Source: Chloroflexota bacterium (GTDB lineage Bacteria; Chloroflexota; Dehalococcoidia; Lucifugimonadales; JAPUKM01). Taken from it: a stretch of 24,000 nt of DNA. Positions 6,850 to 15,073 of the stretch are shown in pieces; the stretch's first letter is position 1; every line of letters begins with the position of its first letter. The stretch is from contig JAPUKM010000072.1 in the NCBI GenBank assembly GCA_027295645.1, forward strand, positions 1-24,000, given 5' to 3'. A program made the position numbers and the translations under genes. The notes below the pieces were generated by a model. That model was not told where the DNA came from. It saw nothing but the letters and a program-made list of their open reading frames with translations, and made no database searches.

Positions 6850-8094
6850 CTAATCCTTCGTACCAATGAACTTTGAAAGCCATCGCAGCCAGTGGCGGCC
6901 CTTTTTGAAGGACTCGTTTCGCCGTTGGCGGCCGTAGGACTCCTGCTCCACGGGATGTCGGATCCCCCACAGCAGAATGCCTACACTGGTTGAATAGGTG
7001 GGGCTCTGCAGGTCCTCGGGGAGTCCCAGCAGGCCCGTTGGGGCTGCAATGCGCATGGGGCCGGGGATGAACTCCCCGGCCAGCTCAAGCCAGCCCGGCA
7101 GGTTGGAGGCACCGCCCGTGAACACAACGCCCGCTGGTGGCATCGCATCCAGACCGGCCTCCCGCACCTTCAGCAAGATCAATCGAAGGAGCTCTGACGC
7201 TCGATCGGACAGCGTCCCGCACAGCTCCCGTCTGCGGATACGGTAGGGCATGCCCTCATCGTATCCCTCCACCTCCACCCACTCCTCCGCATCCACTTCA
7301 TCCGGAAGCGCATGGCCTCCCTGAAGCTTGGCATCTTCAGCAATGTGGTAGGGAATCCCGTACGCTATGACCAGGTCGTTGGTGAACTGGAATCCGCCCA
7401 CCGGCAACACAGACGTGTTGCACATGACACCGTCGCTGAAGATGGCGATATCAGTAGTGCCACCTCCAATGTCAACCAGTACAACCCCCATCTCCTTCTC
7501 ATCGCCCGTGAGCACCGCCTCCGCGCTTGCCAGAGGTTCCAGCACCATGCTCCCCACGGAGATGTCCGCCCCCTCCACCGCACGGACAACATTGTCCATG
7601 GATGCCGCCTCGCCAATAATGGCGTGGGATTCCACAACCAGCTTCTTCCCGCTCAACCCCACCGGATTTCGGATCCCTTGGAGGTCGTCCACGTGGTATG
7701 ACTGGGGAATGACGTGGAGCAGCTCCTGGTCATGGGCAACCTTGGGATGGGACTGCCTGATCACCTGCTCCTTCTCTTTCAGAGAGATGGTCTGGTCTCC
7801 ATGGCCGTTGTTAAGGGATGACGAGCTATGTTCACTAATGATGTGTGTCCCGGTGACACCCACACAGGCCTTGGGCAACTCGCGGTCCAGGTCCCATGAC
7901 GCCATCTTCAGCGAGTCTCGAACGGACTCCTGCATCGCCCCCAGATCCACAACCAGCCCCTTCTTCATCCCTCGGGACGGCGCAACTCCCGTGCCGACCA
8001 CCTCCAACTCCGCGTTGGAAGAGACACGGGCAATGAGGGTGCACACCTTTGTTGTGCCCACATCTATGGCCATGTACAGCTTATCGTTCATCAT
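6850..8094 (-). CDS. ftsA: Cell division protein FtsA (actin-like ATPase)
   Basis: MAIDVGTTKVCTL and VLVDIGGGTTDIAIF phosphate-binding motifs, plus a C-terminal amphipathic tail (WLRWLSKFI). The start is set at MMNDKLY with GGGAGGAAGGAAG upstream. The 27-aa extension in the track ORF is atypical for FtsA. Confidence 0.9.
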   Translation of the reverse strand: MMNDKLYMAIDVGTTKVCTLIARVSSNAELEVVGTGVAPSRGMKKGLVVDLGAMQESVRDSLKMASWDLDRELPKACVGVTGTHIISEHSSSSLNNGHGDQTISLKEKEQVIRQSHPKVAHDQELLHVIPQSYHVDDLQGIRNPVGLSGKKLVVESHAIIGEAASMDNVVRAVEGADISVGSMVLEPLASAEAVLTGDEKEMGVVLVDIGGGTTDIAIFSDGVMCNTSVLPVGGFQFTNDLVIAYGIPYHIAEDAKLQGGHALPDEVDAEEWVEVEGYDEGMPYRIRRRELCGTLSDRASELLRLILLKVREAGLDAMPPAGVVFTGGASNLPGWLELAGEFIPGPMRIAAPTGLLGLPEDLQSPTYSTSVGILLWGIRHPVEQESYGRQRRNESFKKGRHWLRWLSKFIGTKD

Positions 8095-8244
8095 CTTCCT
8101 TCCTCCCACTGGATTCTGGCCGGATGAGAGAGCGGGTTCAGGAAGGCGGACAGCAATTGGGGTTTGACTAGGCATGATTAAAATTAGTCCTCCAAAAGTC
8201 CTGGAGGTCTGGCGAACAGGCCGCCGCCTCCCTGAGCCGCTCAG

Positions 8245-9201
8245 TTATCTTTCCGGACCTCCCGTACCAAGAGTCATCCCCGCTCGCAAACGGGCGCTGC
8301 GAACGCGAGGATTCTCCTGAATCTCGTCAGCTGTTGGCTTGATCACCTTCTTGGTCAGAATACGGAGAGTTGCCTTATGGCCACAGACGCATTGGGGGCG
8401 CTCCGGTGGGCATATGCAATCGCGGGATTCCTGTCGGAAGAACAGCTTCACAATCCGGTCTTCCAGAGAGTGGTAGGCGATCACAGCCAACCGTCCTCCC
8501 TGGCTCAGGACTCGGACCGCCTGCTCCAAGAACGTCTCCAGGTTCTCCAGGTCGCCGTTGACACGCATTCGGAGCGCCTGGAATGACCTGGTTGCCGGAT
8601 GGATGCGCCGGCCACGCCGAGGCACCGCACCCTCAATGACCCGTGCCAACTCCTGCGCCGCGTATATTGGCCGATGCCGGACTATGGCACGCGCAATCCT
8701 CCGTGCCTGTGGCTCCTCACCATAGGTGGCAATCACCCGCCGCAACTCCTCCTCGGAATAGCTATTCACAATGTCGGAGGCGGTGAGCTGCTGGTTCGGG
8801 TTCAAGCGCATATCAAGGGAGGCATCGCGGAAGCTGAAGCCGCGCGATGCCTGGTCCAGCTGATAAGAGGAGAGCCCCAGATCCAAAAGAACGGCGGTAA
8901 CGGGGTGGAACCTGTGCTGCTGTACAATGCTCGCCAGGTTGGAGAAGTTATCATTGACCAGGTTGATCCGGTTTACGAACGGCTGCAGCCGCCCACGGGC
9001 GCGCTCCAAGCTCTCCGGGTCCGCATCGATGCCAAGCATCTCTCCGTTCGGAGCCGTGGCCTCCAGCAGGGTGACGGCATGACCGCCATCACCCACCGTG
9101 GCGTCTATCCACCGATCGCCGGGGATCAGAGCCAGAAGGTCATGGACCTCCCGGATAAGCGCTGGGCTATGGTACCGACCCCGATACTCAGCAGACTTCA
9201 T
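8245..9201 (-). CDS. rsmH: 16S rRNA (cytosine1402-N4)-methyltransferase RsmH (MraW)
   Basis: HSPALIREV...IDATVGDGGHA...LLDLGLSSYQLD...AYHSLEDRIVK are the characteristic RsmH motifs. GAGGG lies 5 nt upstream of the ATG. Confidence 0.92.
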   Translation of the reverse strand: MKSAEYRGRYHSPALIREVHDLLALIPGDRWIDATVGDGGHAVTLLEATAPNGEMLGIDADPESLERARGRLQPFVNRINLVNDNFSNLASIVQQHRFHPVTAVLLDLGLSSYQLDQASRGFSFRDASLDMRLNPNQQLTASDIVNSYSEEELRRVIATYGEEPQARRIARAIVRHRPIYAAQELARVIEGAVPRRGRRIHPATRSFQALRMRVNGDLENLETFLEQAVRVLSQGGRLAVIAYHSLEDRIVKLFFRQESRDCICPPERPQCVCGHKATLRILTKKVIKPTADEIQENPRVRSARLRAGMTLGTGGPER

Positions 9202-9241
9202 GTGCCCTCGCAGATAATCTGATTCTTACCGAATCTGCTGA

Positions 9242-9270
9242 TTTTTACCATATTTTTTGGAGGATGTCAA
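9242..9270 (-). promoter_or_regulatory. Candidate sigma70-type promoter of rsmH-ftsA-ftsZ
   Basis: Minus strand has TTGACA (9270-9265), a 17-nt spacer, then TAAAAA (9247-9242) preceded by TGG (extended -10-like). It lies in the only strongly AT-rich intergenic region of the window. Confidence 0.55.
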
Positions 9271-9412
9271 GCATTTTCCGTAGAATTCAGTAATATATCC
9301 TTAGTTTACCAGGGGTGAATATACGAAAACAAACATTTGTTCTACTTGCCTCATCCGAAACAGACCGCATCAACCGACCCATCGCCACGGGCTCTGAGAT
9401 ATTCCCTATGCT

Positions 9413-9919
9413 ATGATTGCCGGGCTCATGTTTACCTTCGGAGTCCTTACCAGCAGCGATTCGGGTGCCCGGGGCCAGCGGGATGACACCAGCGGCAGAC
9501 GGATTCGGGAACTCTTAGTAGCGGCCGGCTTCGAATTTCAGCGATACGAACTGGTTCCCGATGAGCAAGGCATCGTAGAGGACCGCCTGCGCTCCTGGGC
9601 TGACCAGGAGAACCTGCACCTCATCGTGACTACCGGCGCCACCGGCCTCACCGCCCGGGATGTCATGCCGGAGGCCACCCGCGCCGTTATCCACCGGGAG
9701 GTGCCGGGTATGGCCGAGGCCATGCGGGTCCAGACCCTCCACCACACTCCCCTCGCCATGATCAGCCGCGCAGTCGTCGGCGTCCGTGGGAGGACCCTCA
9801 TCGTCAACCTGCCGGGCAGCCCCAAAGCCGTCCAGCAGTGTCTGGATGTGGTGCTGCCCGTCCTTCCCCACGCCCTGGAGATGCTGCAGGAGCACCCTCC
9901 CTCTCATGACCCACTATGA
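9413..9919 (+). CDS. mog: Molybdopterin adenylyltransferase, MogA/MoaB family
   Basis: GVLTSSD...RDDTSG...LIVTTGATGLTARDVMPEAT...PGMAEAMR...LIVNLPGSPKAV is the MoCF-biosynthesis (MoaB/Mog) domain pattern. The start codon is uncertain (M1 or M6) and no clear SD is present. Confidence 0.8.
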   Translation: MIAGLMFTFGVLTSSDSGARGQRDDTSGRRIRELLVAAGFEFQRYELVPDEQGIVEDRLRSWADQENLHLIVTTGATGLTARDVMPEATRAVIHREVPGMAEAMRVQTLHHTPLAMISRAVVGVRGRTLIVNLPGSPKAVQQCLDVVLPVLPHALEMLQEHPPSHDPL

Positions 9920-9986
9920 TCTGGTAGGCACCGGACAATACATATAATAAGGAAGAGCGTCAGTAAACCTGCTCCTTGAACCGCAC

Positions 9987-10742
9987 ATGCGCATCCACAT
10001 CTTCACCCTCTTCCCGGAGATGTTCCAGGGCCCCTTGGACCACAGCATCCTGGGCCGTGCCGCGGCCGGCGGCCTGCTCGATCTGTCTCTCCACAACATC
10101 CGCGACCATGCCGATGGCCCCCACCGCAGCGTCGACGACTATCCGTATGGAGGTGGGCCGGGTATGGTGATGAAGCCCGAACCCCTATTTGCAGCCGTTG
10201 AATCGGTGCTCGGGAGCACTTCGCCTGGATTCCCGGTAGTCCTGCTCACCCCGCAGGGCAGGCAGTTCACCCAAGCGGAGGCCCAGCGCCTCGCGACGGA
10301 GCCCACCGTAGCCCTCATCTGCGGCCACTACCAGGGCGTGGACGAGCGGATACGGCGGCACCTGGCCACCGAGGAGTTGAGCATCGGAGACTACGTCCTC
10401 ACCGGCGGAGAGCTTGCGGCCATGGTCGTGGTGGATGCCGTGGCCAGACTGCTGCCCGGCGTTCTGGGCTCCGCCGAAGCAGCCGCCGCGGACTCGTACG
10501 CCACCGGCCTGCTGCAGCATCCTCACTACACCCGCCCCGCGCAGTTCAGAGGCTGGTCCGTGCCTGAGATACTCCTCTCAGGCAACCATGAACAGATCGC
10601 CCGCTGGCGCAGGGAACAGTCGCTTCGCCACACCCGGGAGCGCAGGCCTGATCTGCTGCAATCGGCACCACTATCGGAGGAGGAGCGCCGTCTTCTGAAC
10701 ACCCCTGATCAACTCACCCGTGACCCCTCATCCACAGACTGA
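9987..10742 (+). CDS. trmD: tRNA (guanine37-N1)-methyltransferase TrmD
   Basis: [13 protein letters not shown]...[13 protein letters not shown]...[13 protein letters not shown]...[11 protein letters not shown] are the canonical TrmD motifs. Confidence 0.95.
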   Translation: MRIHIFTLFPEMFQGPLDHSILGRAAAGGLLDLSLHNIRDHADGPHRSVDDYPYGGGPGMVMKPEPLFAAVESVLGSTSPGFPVVLLTPQGRQFTQAEAQRLATEPTVALICGHYQGVDERIRRHLATEELSIGDYVLTGGELAAMVVVDAVARLLPGVLGSAEAAAADSYATGLLQHPHYTRPAQFRGWSVPEILLSGNHEQIARWRREQSLRHTRERRPDLLQSAPLSEEERRLLNTPDQLTRDPSSTD

Positions 10743-10759
10743 GATCAAGGGAGCCAAAC

Positions 10760-10788
10760 TTGACACCACTGCTGGGTGCCCCTATCAT
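10760..10788 (+). promoter_or_regulatory. Candidate sigma70-type promoter for the membrane-protein/prkA unit
   Basis: TTGACA (10760-10765), a 17-nt spacer, then TATCAT (10783-10788), about 105 nt upstream of the ATG at 10900. Confidence 0.55.
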
Positions 10789-10899
10789 CGATGCGAAGCG
10801 TCCGTCCCAAAGGGGCTTGTGACGCTAGATTGCCGCAGAGAGAGAGGACACGTCCTCCGCTCCTGCGCCTTAAATTGCACTCTTAACAGGAGGCTAGAT

Positions 10900-11442
10900 A
10901 TGGTAGGTCTTTTCCTCATCCTCTTAGCTGCCCTACTCTTTGCCCAGGCCTGGTACTTCCTGGGTCTCTACTCGGACGCACGGACCTTCGGACTACTCAC
11001 CGCCGCACTGGCGTTTGGCATGGCAGCTACCGTGGGTGGCACCTTTGACCCGGTCATCCTCAACGAGGAAGCCGCACTGCTTATCGTCGGCTTCCGGGCC
11101 TTTGTCATCCTCTGGGCTGTCTACGGCGCCGCTGTTGCCGCCCACGGCCTCTGGGGCTTCGAGGAGCGGGCCATCGGCTTCCACGCCCTCTTCCTCTGGG
11201 GCATATCCATGGCCTTCGTCGCCTTGCCCTGGTTCGTCGACACCGATCTGATCTCAGGAGAGGCGGCCGCCGTCCTCAGCGGCTCCGCCCTCGTCCTCTC
11301 CATCCTCTCAGCCATGGTCTTCTTCCACCTGGCCATCCCCTTCCGAGAGCTCCGCACCGTAGCGGGCTGGGTCCTGCTCGTCGGCGCTGTCGTCGTCTCT
11401 ATCCTTGGGCTGGCCGTCTTCTTTGACCTGGTTCCGGCGTAA
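10900..11442 (+). CDS. Integral membrane protein (about 6 TM, 180 aa), possibly AmiS/UreI-like
   Basis: Starts at MVGLFLILLAALLF, with AGGAGG 6 nt upstream. The track's longer ORF overlaps trmD and is non-hydrophobic. Hydrophobic segments run throughout. The N-terminal pattern resembles AmiS/UreI (MLGLVLLYVGxVL), but this family call is weak. Confidence 0.65.
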   Translation: MVGLFLILLAALLFAQAWYFLGLYSDARTFGLLTAALAFGMAATVGGTFDPVILNEEAALLIVGFRAFVILWAVYGAAVAAHGLWGFEERAIGFHALFLWGISMAFVALPWFVDTDLISGEAAAVLSGSALVLSILSAMVFFHLAIPFRELRTVAGWVLLVGAVVVSILGLAVFFDLVPA

Positions 11443-11467
11443 GGCTGACGCCACCTCTGTGATTCCC

Positions 11468-13426
11468 ATGGACCTGGAGCAGCTACTGGCGGCGGCTGAA
11501 CGGGAAGAGGAGCGTTTCCTCTGGGAGGGCACCTTTGCCCAGTACCTCCGTATGGTGATGGAGCAGCCCGCCATCACCCGGCTCTCCCACGCCCGCGTCT
11601 ACGATATGATCATCACCAACGGTGTGGAGACCGGGCCCCACGGGGAGCGGGTCTACGGCCTGTTCAAGGACCATATCTTTGGCATGGAGGGACCGCTGGA
11701 CCGCCTGGTGCAGTACTTCGCTTCGGCGGCCCAGGGCTTTGAGATCAGAAAGCGCATCCTCCTGCTCCTGGGCCCGCCGGCCAGCGGCAAATCGTCCATC
11801 GTCAACCTGATCAAGAGAGGCCTTGAGCAGTACACCCGCGATGAGGGCGGCGCCGTGTACGCAATCAAGGGCTGCCCTATGCAGGAGGAGCCCCTCCACC
11901 TCATTCCCAAGGAGCTGCGGTCCCAGGTGAAACAGGAGTTCGGCCTCCACATTGAGGGCGACCTGTGCCCCCGCTGCGGCTATGCACTGCGACACCAGTA
12001 CAACGGGCGCATCTCTGAGGTCCAGGTACGGCGCGTCACCCTCAGCGAGCGCGAGAGTGCCGGCATCGGCAGCTTCGTCTCCTCGGATCCGGGCAGCCAG
12101 AACCTCGGACTCCTGGTTGGCAGCATCGATACCAACCAGATGACCGGTGACCGGCTGGACGTGGCCGGACGCGCCTATCGCCTTGACGGCGAGCTCAACG
12201 TCGCCAACCGCGGGATCATGGAGTTCGCCGAGTTCTTCAAGACGGAAGAGACCCTTCTCAGGGTGCTTCTGGGCCTGGCCCAGGAGCAGGAGATCAAGAT
12301 GGGGCGGTTCGGCTCCGTGTATGCGGACGAGGCTATTATCGCCCACAGCAATGAGGGCGACTTCGTAGAATTTAGCGCCAACCCCAAAACAGAGGCACTC
12401 CTGGACCGGATCATCACCATCAAGATCCCTTACAACCTCAGGGTAAGCGAGGAGCAGCACATATATGACCTGATGCTCCAGGCTGGCGGCTTCCAGGAGG
12501 CTGGCGTCCATATCTCCCCCCTGGCCCTGCCGGTCATGGCCACCTTCGCCGTACTCTCCCGCTTCGATCCACCGGAAAAGCAGGGGATGTCCCTGGCGGA
12601 CAAGCTCCGCCTCTATGACGGACAGCACGTGCCGCCCTTCACCCATGAGGACCTGGCCGAGATGCAGGAGGAACACCCTGACGAGGGAATGACCGGCATC
12701 TCTCCCCGCTACGTGCTGAACAAGCTCTCCAACGTGGTGACGGAGCGTTCCCACGGCTGCGTCTTCGCCCTCACGGCGCTCAATGCGCTGTGGGAGGGCC
12801 TCCGTGAGCACATCGCCCTGGCGTCCGGCGACCGGGCGCGGTACGCCACCCTTCTTCAGGAGGCCGTCAAACAGTACGACCACCTGGCCCGTGGGGCCGT
12901 GCGCCGTGCCCATGTGGATGAGTTTGAGCGGGAGGCCTCACGCCTCTTCGACCTCTACCGCGCCAGCGTCCAGGCCCACTGCCAGAACGGCAAGATGAGG
13001 GACCCACAGACCGGCGTTGAGATGTCGCCTGATGAGAAGGCCATGCGCCGCCTGGAGGAGAGCCTCGGCATCACAGAGCGTGGCAAGGCCAAGTTCCGGA
13101 AAGAGGTCTGCGAAAGCCTGAGCAGGGCCGAAAGCCTGGGCCTGAAGCCGAACCACACGACAGTACCCCAGATCCGCGAGGGTATCGAGCAGCTGCTCTT
13201 CCCCGGCCCCAAGGAGCTTGAGCGTACCCTCTTCCCTTCCAGTCGGCGGGAGGTGGAGGACGAGCGCAACAAGGCCGCCATGCTGCAACGGCTCGAACAG
13301 CTCTACGACTACTGCAACGAGTGTTCTCAGGACCTGGTCGACTACGTCGGGTTCAGTCTCCGTGGCGGCCAGGCCGTCCGCGTCACCAGGGCCAACCGTG
13401 TCCGCTGGGACTGGAAGCTTCGCTAG
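11468..13426 (+). CDS. prkA: PrkA-family serine protein kinase (AAA-type N-domain), YeaG/PrkA homologue
   Basis: The N-terminus MDLEQLL...EERFLWEGTFAQYL parallels Bacillus PrkA. Walker A is LLLLGPPASGKSS. The protein is 652 aa. The start is set at ATG 11468; the TTG-extended track ORF overlaps the upstream gene. Confidence 0.9.
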   Translation: MDLEQLLAAAEREEERFLWEGTFAQYLRMVMEQPAITRLSHARVYDMIITNGVETGPHGERVYGLFKDHIFGMEGPLDRLVQYFASAAQGFEIRKRILLLLGPPASGKSSIVNLIKRGLEQYTRDEGGAVYAIKGCPMQEEPLHLIPKELRSQVKQEFGLHIEGDLCPRCGYALRHQYNGRISEVQVRRVTLSERESAGIGSFVSSDPGSQNLGLLVGSIDTNQMTGDRLDVAGRAYRLDGELNVANRGIMEFAEFFKTEETLLRVLLGLAQEQEIKMGRFGSVYADEAIIAHSNEGDFVEFSANPKTEALLDRIITIKIPYNLRVSEEQHIYDLMLQAGGFQEAGVHISPLALPVMATFAVLSRFDPPEKQGMSLADKLRLYDGQHVPPFTHEDLAEMQEEHPDEGMTGISPRYVLNKLSNVVTERSHGCVFALTALNALWEGLREHIALASGDRARYATLLQEAVKQYDHLARGAVRRAHVDEFEREASRLFDLYRASVQAHCQNGKMRDPQTGVEMSPDEKAMRRLEESLGITERGKAKFRKEVCESLSRAESLGLKPNHTTVPQIREGIEQLLFPGPKELERTLFPSSRREVEDERNKAAMLQRLEQLYDYCNECSQDLVDYVGFSLRGGQAVRVTRANRVRWDWKLR

Positions 13427-13432
13427 CCCCCC

Positions 13433-14413
13433 TTACCTGAAGGCCGGCAGGACCTCTTTAGCCAGCCGCTCCATCTGATGGCGTCTCTCCTCAGCCGGAG
13501 TGGGCAGCTTGAGTATGAAATGTCTGACTCCCGCGTCTATGAATTCGGTCATACGCTTGATGCAGTCCTGAGGAGAGCCAATGATGTCGTACTTCATGGC
13601 AAACTCCGCGCTCCTTGATTCACCGTATCGCTCTCCGCCGGCTACCCCACCCAGCGCTTCGTCCAGGGAGTCCTTGACAACAATAAAGATGTTATGGAGG
13701 TATTCCATCGGATGGTCCTCTCGTCCAAACTCCTTGGCGGACGCCTTAACCATCCCCACGCTCTCCTTATACATCTCCGGAGACATGAGGTAGGGCATCC
13801 AGCCGTCGCCGTAACGGGCGGCGCGGCGGGTGGCGGCCGTCTTGCTCTTGAACCTCCGTTGGCCGTCCGGCCCTGTCTCAACTCCGCCCAGGCGTCCCCC
13901 TATCCAGATTGGGAGATGGGGCTTTTGCACCGGCTTGGGCTCAAACGTGATGTCTTTGCACTGCAGGTACCGTCCGTCGTAGCTGAACAACGGTTCGGTC
14001 CACAGGCCCTGCATGATCTCAATGAATTCGTCCGTCCTGCTGCGCCGTTCGCTTACCGGAACACCGAACGCCTCGAACTCCTTGGAGTTCTCGCCGCCCG
14101 GGCCCACGCCGAAGGCCACGCGACCATTGGAGAGCACATCCAGGTTGGCGAGCTGCTTGGCTAGACGGACCGGGTCCGCCAGGGGCAGCACAAAGACGGA
14201 GCTGCTGACTATGAGACGCTCCGTCACCGCGGCAGCCCATGTCATGATGGTCAGCGGCTCATTGCTTGGGTTCGAGCCGGCACAGTGGTCTCCAATCGAC
14301 AGGCCGTCGAACCCTAGCCTCTCCGCAAGTACGGCGAATTCGGTGAGAGGCATCGCATCCTTATTGTAGTCAACGTAGTCCCCCACGCTGAACTTGATTC
14401 CATCACTCGTCAT
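13433..14413 (-). CDS. Luciferase-like (LLM class) flavin/F420-dependent oxidoreductase
   Basis: 326 aa. FDGLSIGDH...LTIMTWAAAVTERL...LPLADPVRLAKQLANLDVLSNGRVAFGVGPG...EFIEIMQGLWTE is a typical LLM/bacterial luciferase fold pattern. GGAG lies 6 nt upstream of the ATG. Confidence 0.85.
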   Translation of the reverse strand: MTSDGIKFSVGDYVDYNKDAMPLTEFAVLAERLGFDGLSIGDHCAGSNPSNEPLTIMTWAAAVTERLIVSSSVFVLPLADPVRLAKQLANLDVLSNGRVAFGVGPGGENSKEFEAFGVPVSERRSRTDEFIEIMQGLWTEPLFSYDGRYLQCKDITFEPKPVQKPHLPIWIGGRLGGVETGPDGQRRFKSKTAATRRAARYGDGWMPYLMSPEMYKESVGMVKASAKEFGREDHPMEYLHNIFIVVKDSLDEALGGVAGGERYGESRSAEFAMKYDIIGSPQDCIKRMTEFIDAGVRHFILKLPTPAEERRHQMERLAKEVLPAFR

Positions 14414-14445
14414 CGTATCTCCATTTCCATATCTATCTCGTCGTC

Positions 14446-14484
14446 GTCAACGTAGTCCCACGCGCTAATCTTGATTCCATCACT
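14446..14484 (-). repeat. Degenerate second copy of the first 13 post-initiator codons of the LLM gene (gene-start relic)
   Basis: 39 nt at 14446-14484 match 14369-14407 at 35/39 positions, ungapped, with a 77-nt offset. The copy encodes SDGIKISAWDYVD against SDGIKFSVGDYVD in the gene. It has no start codon and an in-frame TGA lies upstream at 14500-14502. Confidence 0.8.
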
Positions 14485-14677
14485 GGATTGGTCGGCACCT
14501 CAGACCCCTGACGTCAACGCGAGCGTTCGGCGTATCATACCAATGTACAAGACTTGTCGCTAATAGCCGGGGCTGCAATGCAATAGGCAGTCTGGAGGGG
14601 GATCCCCCTTTACACCGTAGCAGGTCGGAGCTACACTGTCCTCTGGATTACCGAATTCGTCACCGAGAGCCGCAACT

Positions 14678-15025
14678 ATGAATCTCGAAACCCTTGTACC
14701 CCGTGAAGCGAACCCCAACGTCGCCGAGTTCCAGCAAGGCGATACGGTCCGCGTGAGCCTCCGCATCGTGGAGGGCGAACGGGAACGGGTGCAGACCTTT
14801 GAGGGAGTAGTGATCCGCCGCCAGGGAAGGGGCCCGGGCGCCTCCTTTACCGTTCGCAGAGTAACCCACACCATCGGTGTGGAGCGCACCTTTCCCCTCT
14901 ACTCCCCCAGGCTGGAGAGGGTGGAGGTGCTGCGCCGGGGTCGTGTGCGGAGAGCCAAGCTCTACTACCTGAGAGGCCGCACCGGAAAAGCGGCCCGCAT
15001 CAGAGAGCGGAGCGACCGGCGCTGA
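14678..15025 (+). CDS. rplS: 50S ribosomal protein L19
   Basis: [10 protein letters not shown]...[21 protein letters not shown]...FTVRR...[11 protein letters not shown]...[20 protein letters not shown] is the canonical L19 sequence. Confidence 0.95.
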   Translation: MNLETLVPREANPNVAEFQQGDTVRVSLRIVEGERERVQTFEGVVIRRQGRGPGASFTVRRVTHTIGVERTFPLYSPRLERVEVLRRGRVRRAKLYYLRGRTGKAARIRERSDRR

Positions 15026-15073
15026 GCGTCCTCCTCCCCTGACACCTGCAGACCGCCGGTCCGGGAGAAGCCG

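Noticed and set aside
5696-8167. 385-aa and 266-aa plus-strand ORFs opposite ftsZ and ftsA
   Set aside because: Antisense shadows of clearly identified FtsZ and FtsA, with no RBS or motif support.
6836-8175. N-terminally extended versions of ftsZ (to 6970) and ftsA (to 8175) as given in the ORF track
   Set aside because: The extensions overlap upstream genes or add atypical leaders. Internal ATGs have strong GGAGG-type RBSs and give canonical N-termini.
9342-9412. Possible Moco riboswitch upstream of the mog-like gene, and the AACAAACATTTGTT palindrome at 9328-9341 as an operator
   Set aside because: The leader is too short and lacks the conserved Moco-motif elements I can recall. The palindrome is short, AT-rich and in an AT-rich region, so it may occur by chance.
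10795-10899. Possible guanidine (ykkC or mini-ykkC) or other riboswitch in the leader of the AmiS/UreI-like gene
   Set aside because: There are no ACGR-loop hairpin pairs and no ykkC conserved blocks. Only generic hairpins and anti-SD complementarity are present.
11483-12913. 476-aa minus-strand ORF inside prkA
   Set aside because: Antisense shadow of prkA. It is compositionally biased and has no recognisable domain.
14268-14282. GGGTTCGAGCCGG, resembling a tRNA T-arm
   Set aside because: It lies inside the LLM coding frame and no acceptor or anticodon arms can be drawn around it.
14597-14608. Perfect palindrome GGGGGATCCCCC upstream of rplS
   Set aside because: It has no loop, no U-tract and no repeat elsewhere in the window, so there is not enough to assign a function.
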